From Candidatus Falkowbacteria bacterium (lineage in GTDB: Bacteria; Patescibacteriota; Patescibacteriia; CAIXNZ01), in assembly GCA_963774955.1 (NCBI GenBank), contig CAVZGV010000003.1, positions 256,771-320,770 on the forward strand: a stretch of DNA of 64,000 bases, in the 5' to 3' direction. Below the pieces are notes generated by a model. It saw only the letters and a program-made list of their open reading frames with translations. It ran no database searches and was not told the origin of the DNA. A program made the position numbers and the translations under genes. Below are positions 47,401 to 58,200 of the stretch, piece by piece; position 1 is the first letter of the stretch, and every line of letters begins with the position of its first letter.

Positions 47401-50400
47401 TGGTGATGGCAGACTTTTTCACCAAGTGCTTATTTATAATGATCCCAACGACGCTTTAGATACCCCAAATATGTATTTAATGGGTGGGCAGACAGTATTT
47501 TCAGGCGAATATAATTTTAATGATGTTTGGGTTACTACGACTGCAGATGCCAAGCCTGGCGCTGATTGGAATTTGGTAGTTGATCCGGATGATTATTATC
47601 CATATACAGATCCGCCAACTTTACCGCAACAATGGACGAGTTGGAGCGGACGACGCAATTTTGCGGCTACTATTCATGATGGAAAAATGTGGGTTTTGGG
47701 TGGCTATGGAATTACTACCCGTTCAACCTGGAATGATGTTTGGTACTCTGATAACGGAAATGACTGGAATCTTGTAGGAGAAAATTATGGGGGTATTTTT
47801 CAGAAGCGTTGGGGTACTCAGCTTACTCATCTAGATCCTGATGGCCCTTTAGGACCTATTCCTGATAAATTATTTATTTTAGGAGGGACTACAGGCGCAG
47901 TCGGCAGTACTAATGATGTTTGGTCATCTGTAAATGGCACTGATTGGACCTTAGAATTGTATTCAGACCCTTATGATATTCCTACTCCCACGCGTTGGCT
48001 GCCGCGTAATGCACATCAGGTAGTAACATATAATAATAATTTATATCTGGTCGGGGGTTGTAGTCAGGGCGGTTCTTTTTGTTACGGTTATTGTTCGATT
48101 ACCAAAAAACGCTGTACGAATGACATTTTAATACCCGCAATCGCAGCAGTTAATTGTGATTCTGTAACTGAAGGTATATGTCTGCCGGGTAATTTTAATG
48201 ATGTTTGGTCGTCACCAGATGGTGTCAGCTGGAATTTGGTGACTGATACTCCTGCCTGGGAAGGTAGATATTATCCTACGGTATCAGTTTTTGATGATGG
48301 CACAGGCGAAAAAATTTGGATGCTGGGCGGCCAAGGGTGGCGTCGTTGTATCGGCGGAGTAGAAGATGGCGCTGTTTGTGATAAAAATGCAAGTTGCGAC
48401 AGTAATGTTTGTTCTCGCATTTGCTATGGAGGCGATAGAAAAGGTTTAAGTTGTACTACAGATGCAAATTGTCCGGCCTCGGTTTGCGCCGGCGGGCAAC
48501 CGAGTGTAGACGCTTATAGATTTTTAAAAGATGTTTGGTTTACATCCGATGGTAGTGTCTGGTATTCTGGTTTTTGTACTGGCGGTGCTAATGCTGGCGC
48601 TGCTTGTAATAAAAACAGTGATTGTGCCAGCTTGGTATGTACAGCTAATAAGGCTGCGTGGTCAGCGAGGAATGGTCATAGTTCGGTTGCTTATAACGAC
48701 GGTTCAGGTGAAAAATTGTATGTTATGGGTGGTTGGGATTCAAGCCCTGCCAGCAGTTTAAATGATGTCTGGTCAACTTCGGATGGCAAAAATTGGTCAC
48801 AAATTGCTTTACTTGATGAACCAGGCTGGCTTAGACGTTATACTCATCAAATATATAATTATGATGATAAAATATTTTTACTTGGGGGCAACACCTTTAG
48901 AACCTCGGCTCCGAATAGGAATTTGCTACCAGCTTTATGGACGGATGAGGTTTGGACATCGGTTACCGGCAATGGCAGTGATTGGACTCCTGTTACCACT
49001 GATGCTCCATGGCGCGGTCGTGATTTTTTTAGTAGTACTATTTTTAATAATCGAATGTGGTTAACAGGTGGCGATTCATCAACCTCAGCTATGAATGATG
49101 TCTGGGCCAGTACATATGATTATAGCAGTATGAATTTCACAGTCAGTACGCCGCCCGGTTCAACCGGTTCAAATTGTACAGATACTAAACCTGAAGATCC
49201 AGGAGATGTTGTGGCCCCGACTTTACCCTGTGTCGCTACTAGCTCGGCAGAGATTGACTGGAATTTTGTGGATAATGCGGCCTGTGAAATGGGATACAGG
49301 CTTTATGACGCTACTACAGATATCAGAATGAAATATGTAGAACAGCCGAATCTGAGCACAATCGAAGAAACAGGATTAGCCACCAATATCCAATACAGCC
49401 GCTATGTCACAGCATATAATGCAGCCGGTGAATCAGGAGCGACTAGCCCAGCCAGCTGCTATACCCTGGCCAAAGTGCCAAATAAGCCGATAATATTGAG
49501 CGCCAATGAAAATGAAATAATATTGCAAATTGATCCCAATGACGGGAATCCTCCAGGCACAGAATATGAAATCAAGGAATTATTGACTAACCAATTTGTT
49601 CAGGCCGATGGGACCTTTGGAACCGTAGAAACCTGGCAGACTTATGCTGCTTGGGGAGGCGACAGCGGATTAGCAGTGATTGGTGAATTGCCAGCAGCAG
49701 AACAACCGCTCTATGAGGAACCATCTCAACAGCCGGATTTGAATGCCGCTTTTCATATTAGTTTAACCGCCGGCCAGAATTATAGTTTTGTTGTGCAGGC
49801 GAAAAACGGCGACGGGATCCTGACTGGATTTTCTCCGGCCACGGGCAGTACTTCAGGCCCAACCGGACCTGCTCCCGTATTAGCACCGATAATAACAGCC
49901 GCTAAAGGCGTGGCTATTAATTTAGTCAGAAACAGTAATTATAACGTAAATATTTTTGCCGCTGCCCTGGCTGAAAGCGGCTTTGGCTTTAATGCCAATA
50001 CCAGTAAGACAGAAAGTCTGCTGCGGGAATTTTCATTGATTTTAAACCTGCTGATCCTGATATTGCTGGGCTTTTTGTCAGGCAGTATCATCAGCTCCTT
50101 CAGCCATCTGGGCAAAGATTTAAACTGGCAAAAAAGACTGAAACTACTGGGACAGATGTTTGTGAAAGAGCCGGCAGTAATGTTCAGCGAGCAGGCGCAG
50201 CCTGATAAAAACGGGATTTACCAGATATCATTTGAAAAACACAAGCAAAGCCAGCTCAATGCGCAAAAACACGTCAAACGAGCTTTGGGTTTAATTGCCA
50301 TTAAAGCCGTAGTTTTGGTCACGCTTTTAACCGGCTTGGCCGGAGTCAATCATTTGGGCAAAGCGCAAACAGCGCCGTATGACCAGAGCGGCACAGCAGT

Positions 50401-52087
50401 GAATGTGGGCGATAAGCTGAGCTATATAATTGAAATCAGCAATTCAGGTACAGCCGCGGCCAATGACGCAGTAGTTATGGATACGATAGACAGCAATCTG
50501 GAAAATTTTACAGTTACCGGAATAATTAATTGTGGTACATATACTGACAAGTCAACAGCAACAGTTTTAAACGTAGACGGAGTTGATGTGGCCGAGGCAT
50601 CAACCTGTGTCATTACCTATACAGCGAAAGTAAAAACAGGCACAGAAGGAAATACCATTACCAATCAGGCTTTGGCCTTGGGTCCAGACTTTGCCACAGT
50701 GACAACGAATATAACCATTAATAGTATAAATGCTGCGCCAGCATTAGTTTGCGGGAATAATAAAATTGATCCGGGTGAACAATGTGATCCGACAGGTTGT
50801 GCCAGTGATGAACGTTGTGTTTCTTGCCGTTGCCAGCCAATCCCGCCCACACCGGTTTGCGGTAACAACATAGTGGAAACAGGGGAACAGTGCGATAATA
50901 CTGCCTGCGGAGCAGATCAGATATGCAGTAATTGCGCTTGCCAATCCGTTATCCCGCCAATCCCGCCAGTAATCCCGCCGCCAGTCACACCACCAGGAAC
51001 TCTACCGCCAGGAACTTTACCACCAGGCACCCCGCCGGGCACTTTACCACCATCGACACCTCCGGGCATACCGTTAATTACGCCGATAATCAGTTCAATT
51101 TCAGGCGCTATAGACCAAATATTGCCGGAACAGTTAAAGGCAATTTTGGATAATCCGCAAGTTGAACAAACGAGCCAGAATATTGTGACGCCGATACTTT
51201 TAGCCTTGGCGCTATTAAATACAGTGCCATTAATATTGGCTTTGAGTATTTACCTGTTGCCGTATCTGCATCTGCTTTTCCTGGAGCCGTTATTAATTTT
51301 GTTCGGCAAGAAGAGGAAAAAGTGGGGCGTAGTTTACAATGCTTTAACCAAAATACCAATAGATTTAGCTTTGGTCAGATTGTACCGTAAAAATGATAAT
51401 ATGCTGGTGCAGACGAGGGTCACGGATAAGGAAGGCAGATATATCATCATTGCCAAAGAACCCGGTAAATATTATCTGAGCGTAACCAAACCGGGATTTA
51501 TCAGCCCGACCAGGTATCTGAGAGATGAAAATCAAGATACAAAATATCTGGATCTGTATCACGGTGAAGTGATTGAAGTGACAGAAAAAGATGCGGTCAT
51601 CACCGCCAATATCCCGTTGGATCCAGCGGAAAAGATGGTTTTACCGATAAAAGAGGTTGTCAGAAGTTATCTGCTCAAGAACTTAAGATTAATTATTTCC
51701 TATATCGGGATGGTCCTGGCTTTGCTGATAGTGATTATTTATCCCACAGTAATAACCATTGGAGCTTTGATTTTGCATGTTATTTTGTTCTTGATTTTCC
51801 GCAGAATGATAGTGCCGGCCAAGCCCAAACGCTGGGGCATTGTTTATGATGCCGAAAACAAGGCGCCATTACATCAGGCTATTGTCAGAATCTTTGATAC
51901 CAGATTTAATAAATTGCTGGAAACCCAGGTGACTGACCGCAATGGCCGCTATGCCTTTTTGGTGGGTAAAAATGAATACCAGCTGTTGACTGAAAAAGAA
52001 GGTTACAAACCCAAAGAAGTTAAGCCTGTTGACCTGGTTAAAAATGAGGAGATTGTCAATCTGGATGTTGGCTTAAATAGAATTTAA
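44429..52087 (+). CDS. Giant cell-surface protein, paralog 2 (2552 aa), same architecture as paralog 1
   Basis: Continuous ORF. The N-terminus (MLNPRKIRQNMFFLKFFSFKTKLILSLVFVLII) is nearly identical to paralog 1. Kelch/Asp-box blades with CxxxGxxCxxxxDCxSxxC loops. The FN3/DUF11/Cys-repeat/Pro-linker/TM/CarbopepD_reg C-terminal module is present. TGATATAAT sits at 44400-44408. Confidence 0.9.
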   Translation: MLNPRKIRQNMFFLKFFSFKTKLILSLVFVLIIVVTLGYNYFQSVNAENVSFTETFSTLANKDVNITTGKWDTVLGLARLLGKDWVNMAETKDGLETISSSGINYIYDVEYDSAGNPYIVGIDKSRGRNLPFFVKWTPSMGWTNMAETIAGQEILYDTGFSASSPELALDSNDNPYLIWGQLIPPSGSEADIFFTKWSPSACGGAGCWTNMAGTTAGPEEIAHNGYRYNIVNDIKIDSSNYPQVLYSLDMTGSNIHDLFFSRWNGASWTKANGIDADSDPATYESDNITNTPAADDQLAGLNLVNDNPYVAWYGFSNTDVLFSKWTPGLGLCADPVGCWTNMQETILGPEKVDQPNVVGYPGTYFSAPKNNFKIATDNNVYISWSYETPAAVPGQPLDVYIRKGIAGVGWSQIDNSPGYTNVSNSALDNSNLKGFSLDSANNPNVIWGERPGGWGGTNNDVYFARWNGSSWVKMDGTPAPENITNSADTITAPEFIVLDSFNTPYVLYYESSGRQLKKWSGSIWGKMDGSAGYELLTPPSVAVRSLDIINSNPQFIGDNNVVESAYFSKYLPTYNTTSTIQSVNVSTAGTDFIKSAALTANQTLNGQNIIYSISNDGGATWTIVPGTGTLLDFSTAGNDLRWKADLQGTSSVTPIINDLSLSYQTRKITCSLTPNSVLQGQSVTISASTGFAAPKVWATVEKDGSVLSTVDLVGGPNNWSYQFPTGSQNFGQNDVAVFTTDGTDTFVCNPSTGADWQMMTKEDIPWDRRYTHSAVSFNNRLFVMGGITDRNQNDIWYSADNGVNWTGPATAAWSPRSYFGLVNFQGQLWLLGGSYMEDTANDVPSTTTYNDIWVSSNGLNWTPSTPANAPWIGRLGFGSTVYDGKIWIAGGYDYLSATYMNDVWSFDGTTWVNETTLPTGRYGLQLAAWDEDGSGLEPEKLWVIAGRSTGGVREEDVHSYDTISGWNCVAGPVAYGCPAASIPAWGAPPVVGDGRLFHQVLIYNDPNDALDTPNMYLMGGQTVFSGEYNFNDVWVTTTADAKPGADWNLVVDPDDYYPYTDPPTLPQQWTSWSGRRNFAATIHDGKMWVLGGYGITTRSTWNDVWYSDNGNDWNLVGENYGGIFQKRWGTQLTHLDPDGPLGPIPDKLFILGGTTGAVGSTNDVWSSVNGTDWTLELYSDPYDIPTPTRWLPRNAHQVVTYNNNLYLVGGCSQGGSFCYGYCSITKKRCTNDILIPAIAAVNCDSVTEGICLPGNFNDVWSSPDGVSWNLVTDTPAWEGRYYPTVSVFDDGTGEKIWMLGGQGWRRCIGGVEDGAVCDKNASCDSNVCSRICYGGDRKGLSCTTDANCPASVCAGGQPSVDAYRFLKDVWFTSDGSVWYSGFCTGGANAGAACNKNSDCASLVCTANKAAWSARNGHSSVAYNDGSGEKLYVMGGWDSSPASSLNDVWSTSDGKNWSQIALLDEPGWLRRYTHQIYNYDDKIFLLGGNTFRTSAPNRNLLPALWTDEVWTSVTGNGSDWTPVTTDAPWRGRDFFSSTIFNNRMWLTGGDSSTSAMNDVWASTYDYSSMNFTVSTPPGSTGSNCTDTKPEDPGDVVAPTLPCVATSSAEIDWNFVDNAACEMGYRLYDATTDIRMKYVEQPNLSTIEETGLATNIQYSRYVTAYNAAGESGATSPASCYTLAKVPNKPIILSANENEIILQIDPNDGNPPGTEYEIKELLTNQFVQADGTFGTVETWQTYAAWGGDSGLAVIGELPAAEQPLYEEPSQQPDLNAAFHISLTAGQNYSFVVQAKNGDGILTGFSPATGSTSGPTGPAPVLAPIITAAKGVAINLVRNSNYNVNIFAAALAESGFGFNANTSKTESLLREFSLILNLLILILLGFLSGSIISSFSHLGKDLNWQKRLKLLGQMFVKEPAVMFSEQAQPDKNGIYQISFEKHKQSQLNAQKHVKRALGLIAIKAVVLVTLLTGLAGVNHLGKAQTAPYDQSGTAVNVGDKLSYIIEISNSGTAAANDAVVMDTIDSNLENFTVTGIINCGTYTDKSTATVLNVDGVDVAEASTCVITYTAKVKTGTEGNTITNQALALGPDFATVTTNITINSINAAPALVCGNNKIDPGEQCDPTGCASDERCVSCRCQPIPPTPVCGNNIVETGEQCDNTACGADQICSNCACQSVIPPIPPVIPPPVTPPGTLPPGTLPPGTPPGTLPPSTPPGIPLITPIISSISGAIDQILPEQLKAILDNPQVEQTSQNIVTPILLALALLNTVPLILALSIYLLPYLHLLFLEPLLILFGKKRKKWGVVYNALTKIPIDLALVRLYRKNDNMLVQTRVTDKEGRYIIIAKEPGKYYLSVTKPGFISPTRYLRDENQDTKYLDLYHGEVIEVTEKDAVITANIPLDPAEKMVLPIKEVVRSYLLKNLRLIISYIGMVLALLIVIIYPTVITIGALILHVILFLIFRRMIVPAKPKRWGIVYDAENKAPLHQAIVRIFDTRFNKLLETQVTDRNGRYAFLVGKNEYQLLTEKEGYKPKEVKPVDLVKNEEIVNLDVGLNRI
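49640..52087. repeat. ~2.4 kb 3' block of giant gene 2, near-identical (only scattered SNPs) to 56660-59099 in giant gene 3
   Basis: Long stretches are identical by direct comparison. For example, 50150-50400 equals 57170-57420. The embedded spurious track ORFs 50422..50613 and 57434..57625 are identical. Confidence 0.85.
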
Positions 52088-52112
52088 TTTTGGATAATAG
52101 TCATTATAAAAG

Positions 52113-52135
52113 CCCCTTATTTAAGGGGTTTTTTA
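52113..52135 (+). terminator. Rho-independent terminator after giant gene 2
   Basis: CCCCTTA-TT-TAAGGGG followed by TTTTTTA. A TGGTATAAT promoter sits at 52191-52199. Confidence 0.6.
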
Positions 52136-52235
52136 TCTAAGTTTAGATAAGTTTTTGTTGTTGATAACTCTACTGAATATATATAAATTGTGGTATAATA
52201 AATACAAGTAAAAATATCTAAAATTAAAGCAAATT

Positions 52236-55200
52236 ATGAATAGACTAAAAATAAAGCCATTAATTTTTTGGCGCTTTGTAAATGAAAAAGTAAAATTAAT
52301 ATTTTTAGGATTAATTTTCATTTTGTCCATAGCTACAGTTGGTTTGATAATAAAAAATATTATCAAGGCCGCTCCTGACATATATAGCGAAGATTTTACC
52401 ACTACAATTTTTTATGATCAGGAAAATACTACTGCCGATTGGTCCACCTCAATTGGCCAAGTAAGTGTTGCCAAAGAATGGGTTAAATCAGATGGCACAA
52501 AAACTTATTATGAAAATATCAGCCGGGAATTATACACTTCCAGAAATCCGGCTGTTGTTGTTAATAACAGTAATCAGCCATATATATTTTGGGAAAATGA
52601 TACGACCGGCAGTGGTAGTTATGATTATTATTTTACCCGGGGGAATTTAATTGCTGAGCCGGCTGATTGGCAGAAAATGGACGGGATTAGCGGTTGGGAA
52701 AATATTTCCAGTAATCCCGCCGGAGGTCCTGTTAATGGCAAGATGGCAATTGATTTATCTGATAAGCCTTATTTTGTCTGGCAGGAAGCAAATGACATTT
52801 TTTTTAGTTATTGGACAGGCAGTGCTTGGCGCGGCTTACAGAATCCTGCTGCCAGTTTTGATAATTTAAGCCAAAGCGCTGTTTTAGGCTATACTGCCAG
52901 TTTGCCCCAGATTAGCATTGATCAATGGGACCGCGTTTTTGTGGCTTGGCAAGGTAATACTGCTACTAGCAATGAGATTATGGTTACTATGTGGGATAAG
53001 TTAAATCCGGCAAATAGTAAATGGTCTTCAATAACTGGCAAAAATTATTGTCTGCACGGCAGCAATGACGGAACAGTTTGTACTGACAACAGCGTTTGTA
53101 CAGGCGGAGGGATTTGTGTGGGCTATGAAAATATCAGTAAAACTGATAAGAATTCTGCCAACCCCCGTTTAGCCATTGGGACAGGCTCTTTGCCTTATCC
53201 TCAACTTATTTGGATAGAAAATAACGGTACCTATAATCAAATCGTCTATAGCAAATGGACCTATTTTAGCAATACTGCTTTTTGCGGTAATTCTCAGTAT
53301 GCTTGTTGGACCAATATGGCTGGCACTGTTAAAGGTTTTGAAAATATTAGCCAGTGCGCCACTTTTAATTGTACTTATACATCAAGCGATAATTTTAAGT
53401 TGGATTCCAATGGGTTTCCTCAGCTTATTTGGCACACAGGACTTTCAAGTAATACTAGATTGAATTTTATTCATTGGGACGGCAGTCTGTGGTCTGGCAT
53501 GGCTGGTCTTCCGGGTAGGGAAATACCTGATCCGACACCAATATATAATAATGATTATAAATTGGCCATCAATCAAGATGACTATCCCCAGCTGGTCTTT
53601 TCCGCTGGTAGCACTAGGTCTGCTTTATTATTTATTCACTGGAATGGCAGCGCTTGGACCGGCATTAATAATGTGCCTGGCGTGGAGGTGGTTAGAAATT
53701 TTCCCGCCAGAGAGCCCAAAATAGTGGTTGATAATAATAATCAGGTTAATTTATTATGGTTAGATGATTCTGTTGATGATGGGCTCAATTATTTTAATGT
53801 TTATTTTACCAAAAGCAATAACAATGTTTGGACCAGATATTCAGGCAGTGGCAATTGTACTGTCGGCGGAGCGCTTTGTACCAGTGATTTTGATTGCAGC
53901 GGCAGCGGTTATTGCCAAAAAATAGGTTTTGATAATTTATCCAATACAGCCTGGAATAATAATAACCCGAATATCGCTATGGCTGAAAATGGTAATTTGT
54001 ATGTTGTTTGGTCAGCTGGTGATCTTAGTTATACTTTTAAGCCGGAAATAAACTTTACTTATTTGGACAGTGTTTCTAAAAGCTGGTCCGTACTAAGGCC
54101 CGGCGCAGAATCTACAACCACGCTTTTGGGCGAAAAACATTCTTATGCTACGAGTTTAAAAATTGCCACTAGTCCTTTGGCTCCTTATTCTCCTTATATG
54201 ATGTGGGAAGACGATTGCTCGGTTAGTCCTTATCCCACTATAAGTGATGAAAATCAGGACGATGTTTGTTTTATGCGTTGGGATGGTAATAATTGGGTTG
54301 ATATGAACGGTAATTTAGGCAATGAGGAGGTAACTGATAATTTTATAGAAAGAAGATTTTTTAGCAAATACTATAGTCCATTTAGAGGCTCTAATAATTT
54401 ATTATTTGACAGTTTGGGCAATCCTTATTTAATCTGGGTTGATCAACTGAGCGGTAGTAATAATAAGGATCTTAATTTGACCAAATGGAATGGGTCTTCT
54501 TGGGTCAATATGGATAACCAGCGGCGTTGTGTGTATGGAGTTAATGCCGGCAATGTCTGTTTGCTTGATCGCGACTGTTTTGATGATTTGGATTTAGCAG
54601 TGCCTCGCTCATTGACTGGCGACGGCCGCTGTATTTCTGACTTGTGCGACGGTGGTGTTTCGGATGGTTATGTATGCTCTAGAGACCTTGAGTGCATGGA
54701 TAAATTAAATGATGGTTATTGCACCGGTGTTGAAAATATTTCTAATGATCCGGAAGGAAATTATTTGATTACTGGCGATTATTATTCCCATCAAGCAGCT
54801 GTTATTGATTCGGCTGATAATTTATATTTAGTCTGGCCTGAAGAAACAAGTCCGGGCAATCCAGATGACATTTTTTTTACCAAATGGAACGGTTTTGCCT
54901 GGGTTAATATGGATGGCGTGACTTTGGGCAAAGAAAATATTAGTAATTCAGCTAAAGTCTCCTATAAGCCAATTATTGTTTTTGATAACTTGGCTAATCC
55001 CTATATTATCTGGCAAGAATCTCCCATTGGAACATATTTGTTAGATCCAGAAGTTTGGCTGACTCATTGGGATAGTGGCACAAATTCCTGGAAAAGCATG
55101 GATTTATCCAGCTCTATTGAGAAAATCGATGTTTTAGCCGGAGGCAGATCAACTATAAATGAAGATTCTGTGCAGTTCGATGGCAGCAATAGGCCGAATA

Positions 55201-58200
55201 TACTTTATAATTATTATGATGCATTTGGTAATTATAAAGTATTTTTTTTAAGATGGGATGGTTCTTCCTGGGTAGATATGGCTGGCACTGGCAGTTACGA
55301 TCAATTTACTAATTTTTACGATGGGCAATTAAAATTTGATAGCAGTTATAACCCCCACATTGTCATGGTTGATGAAATTAACAGATTGGTGAAATTTACT
55401 CGTTGGTTTGGCGGTCAATGGTCAACCATGGCCGGCAGTCCCGGGATAGAAACTATTATTGAAAATACCGAGCCTTATTCAGCGCCTATTTGGGAATTGG
55501 ATACCTTTGATCGGCCGCGTGTTTTTTGGATGGATGAAACTGAAGGTTATGCTATTAATGCTAGGGATGTTTTTTACACTCAGTGGAATGGAAGCGACTG
55601 GGTTGATGTTTATAATAATCCAGGTTATACCAATATAACCCATCATTATGTGGCGCCCATGTTAGATTTTGATGTGGTTAAAGACGGTAATGATAATTTG
55701 CATTTGATCAACAATAAATTCGAATATAATGTAAATTTATATTATTCCAAGTTAAGCGTGCCTACTGATTATTATCGTATTGTTCAGTCCTCCGATGTTT
55801 ACCCCGGGCCATTAACCGACATTGTTAAATCAGCTACTTTAACAACTGTAACTGATAATGCCGGCGGCAATGTGACCATTAATTACGCAGTCAGTAATGA
55901 TTATGGCAATACCTGGCTACCGGCGCCGCTGGGCACGGAGATAGTTTTTAACAGCGCTCCAACTTTGAAATGGCGGGCTTATTTGAAAACCACAAATGAA
56001 ACAATTGTCCCCACCATTAATGATTTAACAATCAATTATTCTACTTTAGCACCGCCAGTCGGTCTTTATTGCGGTGATGGTATTTGTAATAATGGAGAAA
56101 TATGTACAAGCTGTTCAGCTGATTGTGGAATTTGTCCGCCTCCGCCGATTATTCTTGTTACACCCGCTGGTACATCTGATACAATCTGTTGGGATAGTAT
56201 TCCTGAAGATCCGAGCGATGTTGTTTTGCCGGTATTACCGTGTACAGCCACAAGCCCAAGCGCCATCAGCTGGAATTTTACAGACAATGCCGTTTGTGAA
56301 GCCGGTTATCGTCTTTATGACGCTGCTACAGATATCAGAATGAAATATGTAGAACAGCCGAACCTGAGCACAATCGAAGAAACGGGCTTAGCCACCAATA
56401 TCCAATACAGCCGCTATGTCACAGCATATAACGCGGCCGGTGAATCAGGTTCAAATACAGCATTAAGCTGTTTTACCCTGGCTAAAGTGCCGAATAAGCC
56501 GATCATTTTAAGCGCCAACGAAAATGAAATAATATTGCAAATAGATCCTAATGACGGTAATCCCGTGGGTACAGAATATGAAATCAAGGAACTATTGACT
56601 AATCAATTTGTTCAAGCAGACGGAACCTTTGGCTCCGGAGAAACCTGGCAGACATATGCTGCTTGGGGCGGCGACAGCGGATTAGCAGTGATTGGTGAAT
56701 TGCCAGCAGCAGAACAACCGCTCTATGAGGAACCATCTCAACAGCCGGATTTGAATGCCGCTTTTCATATTAGTTTAACCGCCGGCCAGAATTATAGTTT
56801 TGCAGTGCAGGCCAAAAACGGCGACGGCATTCCGACAGGATTTTCTTCAGCCACAGGCAGTACTTCAGGCCCAACCGGACCTGCTCCCGTATTAGCACCG
56901 ATAATAACAGCCGCTAAAGGCGTGGCTATTAATTTAGTCAGAAACAGTAATTATAATGTCAATATTTTTGCCGCTGCCCTGGCTGAAAGCGGCTTTGGCT
57001 TTAATGCCAATACCAGTAAGACAGAAAGTCTGCTGCGGGAATTTTCATTGATTTTAAACCTGCTGATCCTGATATTGCTGGGCTTTTTGTCAGGCAGTAT
57101 CATCAGCTCCTTCAGCCATCTGGGCAAAGATTTAAACTGGCAAAAAAGACTGAAACTACTGGGACAGATGTTTGTGAAAGAGCCGGCAGTAATGTTCAGC
57201 GAGCAGGCGCAGCCTGATAAAAACGGGATTTACCAGATATCATTTGAAAAACACAAGCAAAGCCAGCTCAATGCGCAAAAACACGTCAAACGAGCTTTGG
57301 GTTTAATTGCTATTAAAGCCGTAGTTTTGGTCACGCTTTTAACCGGCTTGGCCGGAGTCAATCATTTGGGCAAAGCGCAAACAGCGCCGTATGACCAGAG
57401 CGGCACAGCAGTGAATGTTGGTGATAAGCTGAGCTATATAATTGAAATAAGCAATTCAGGTACAGCCGCGGCCAATGACGCAGTAGTTATGGATACGATA
57501 GACAGCAATCTGGAAAATTTTACAGTTACCGGAATAATTAATTGTGGTACATATACTGACAAGTCAACAGCAACAGTTTTAAACGTAGACGGAGTTGATG
57601 TGGCCGAGGCATCAACCTGTGTCATTACCTATACAGCGAAAGTAAAAACAGGCACAGAAGGCAATACTATTACAAATCAGGCTTTGGCCTTGGGTCCAGA
57701 CTTTGCCACAGTGACAACGAATATAACCATTAATAGTATAAATGCTGCGCCAGCATTAGTTTGCGGGAATAATAAATTGGATCCGGGTGAACAATGTGAT
57801 CCGACAGGTTGCGCCAGCGATGAACGCTGTGTTTCCTGCCGTTGCCAGCCAATCCCGCCCGCACCAGTCTGCGGTAACAGCATAGTAGAAACAGGGGAAC
57901 AGTGCGATAATAGTGCCTGCGGAGCAGATCAGATATGCAGTAATTGCGCTTGCCAATCCGTTATCCCGCCAATCCCGCCAGTAATCCCGCCGCCAGTCAC
58001 ACCACCAGGAACTCTACCGCCAGGAACTTTACCACCAGGCACCCCGCCGGGCACTTTACCACCATCGACACCTCCGGGCATACCGTTAATTACGCCGATA
58101 ATCAGTTCAATTTCAGGCGCTATAGACCAAATATTGCCGGAACAGTTAAAGGCAATTTTGGATAATCCGCAAGTTGAACAAACGAGCCAGAATATTGTAA

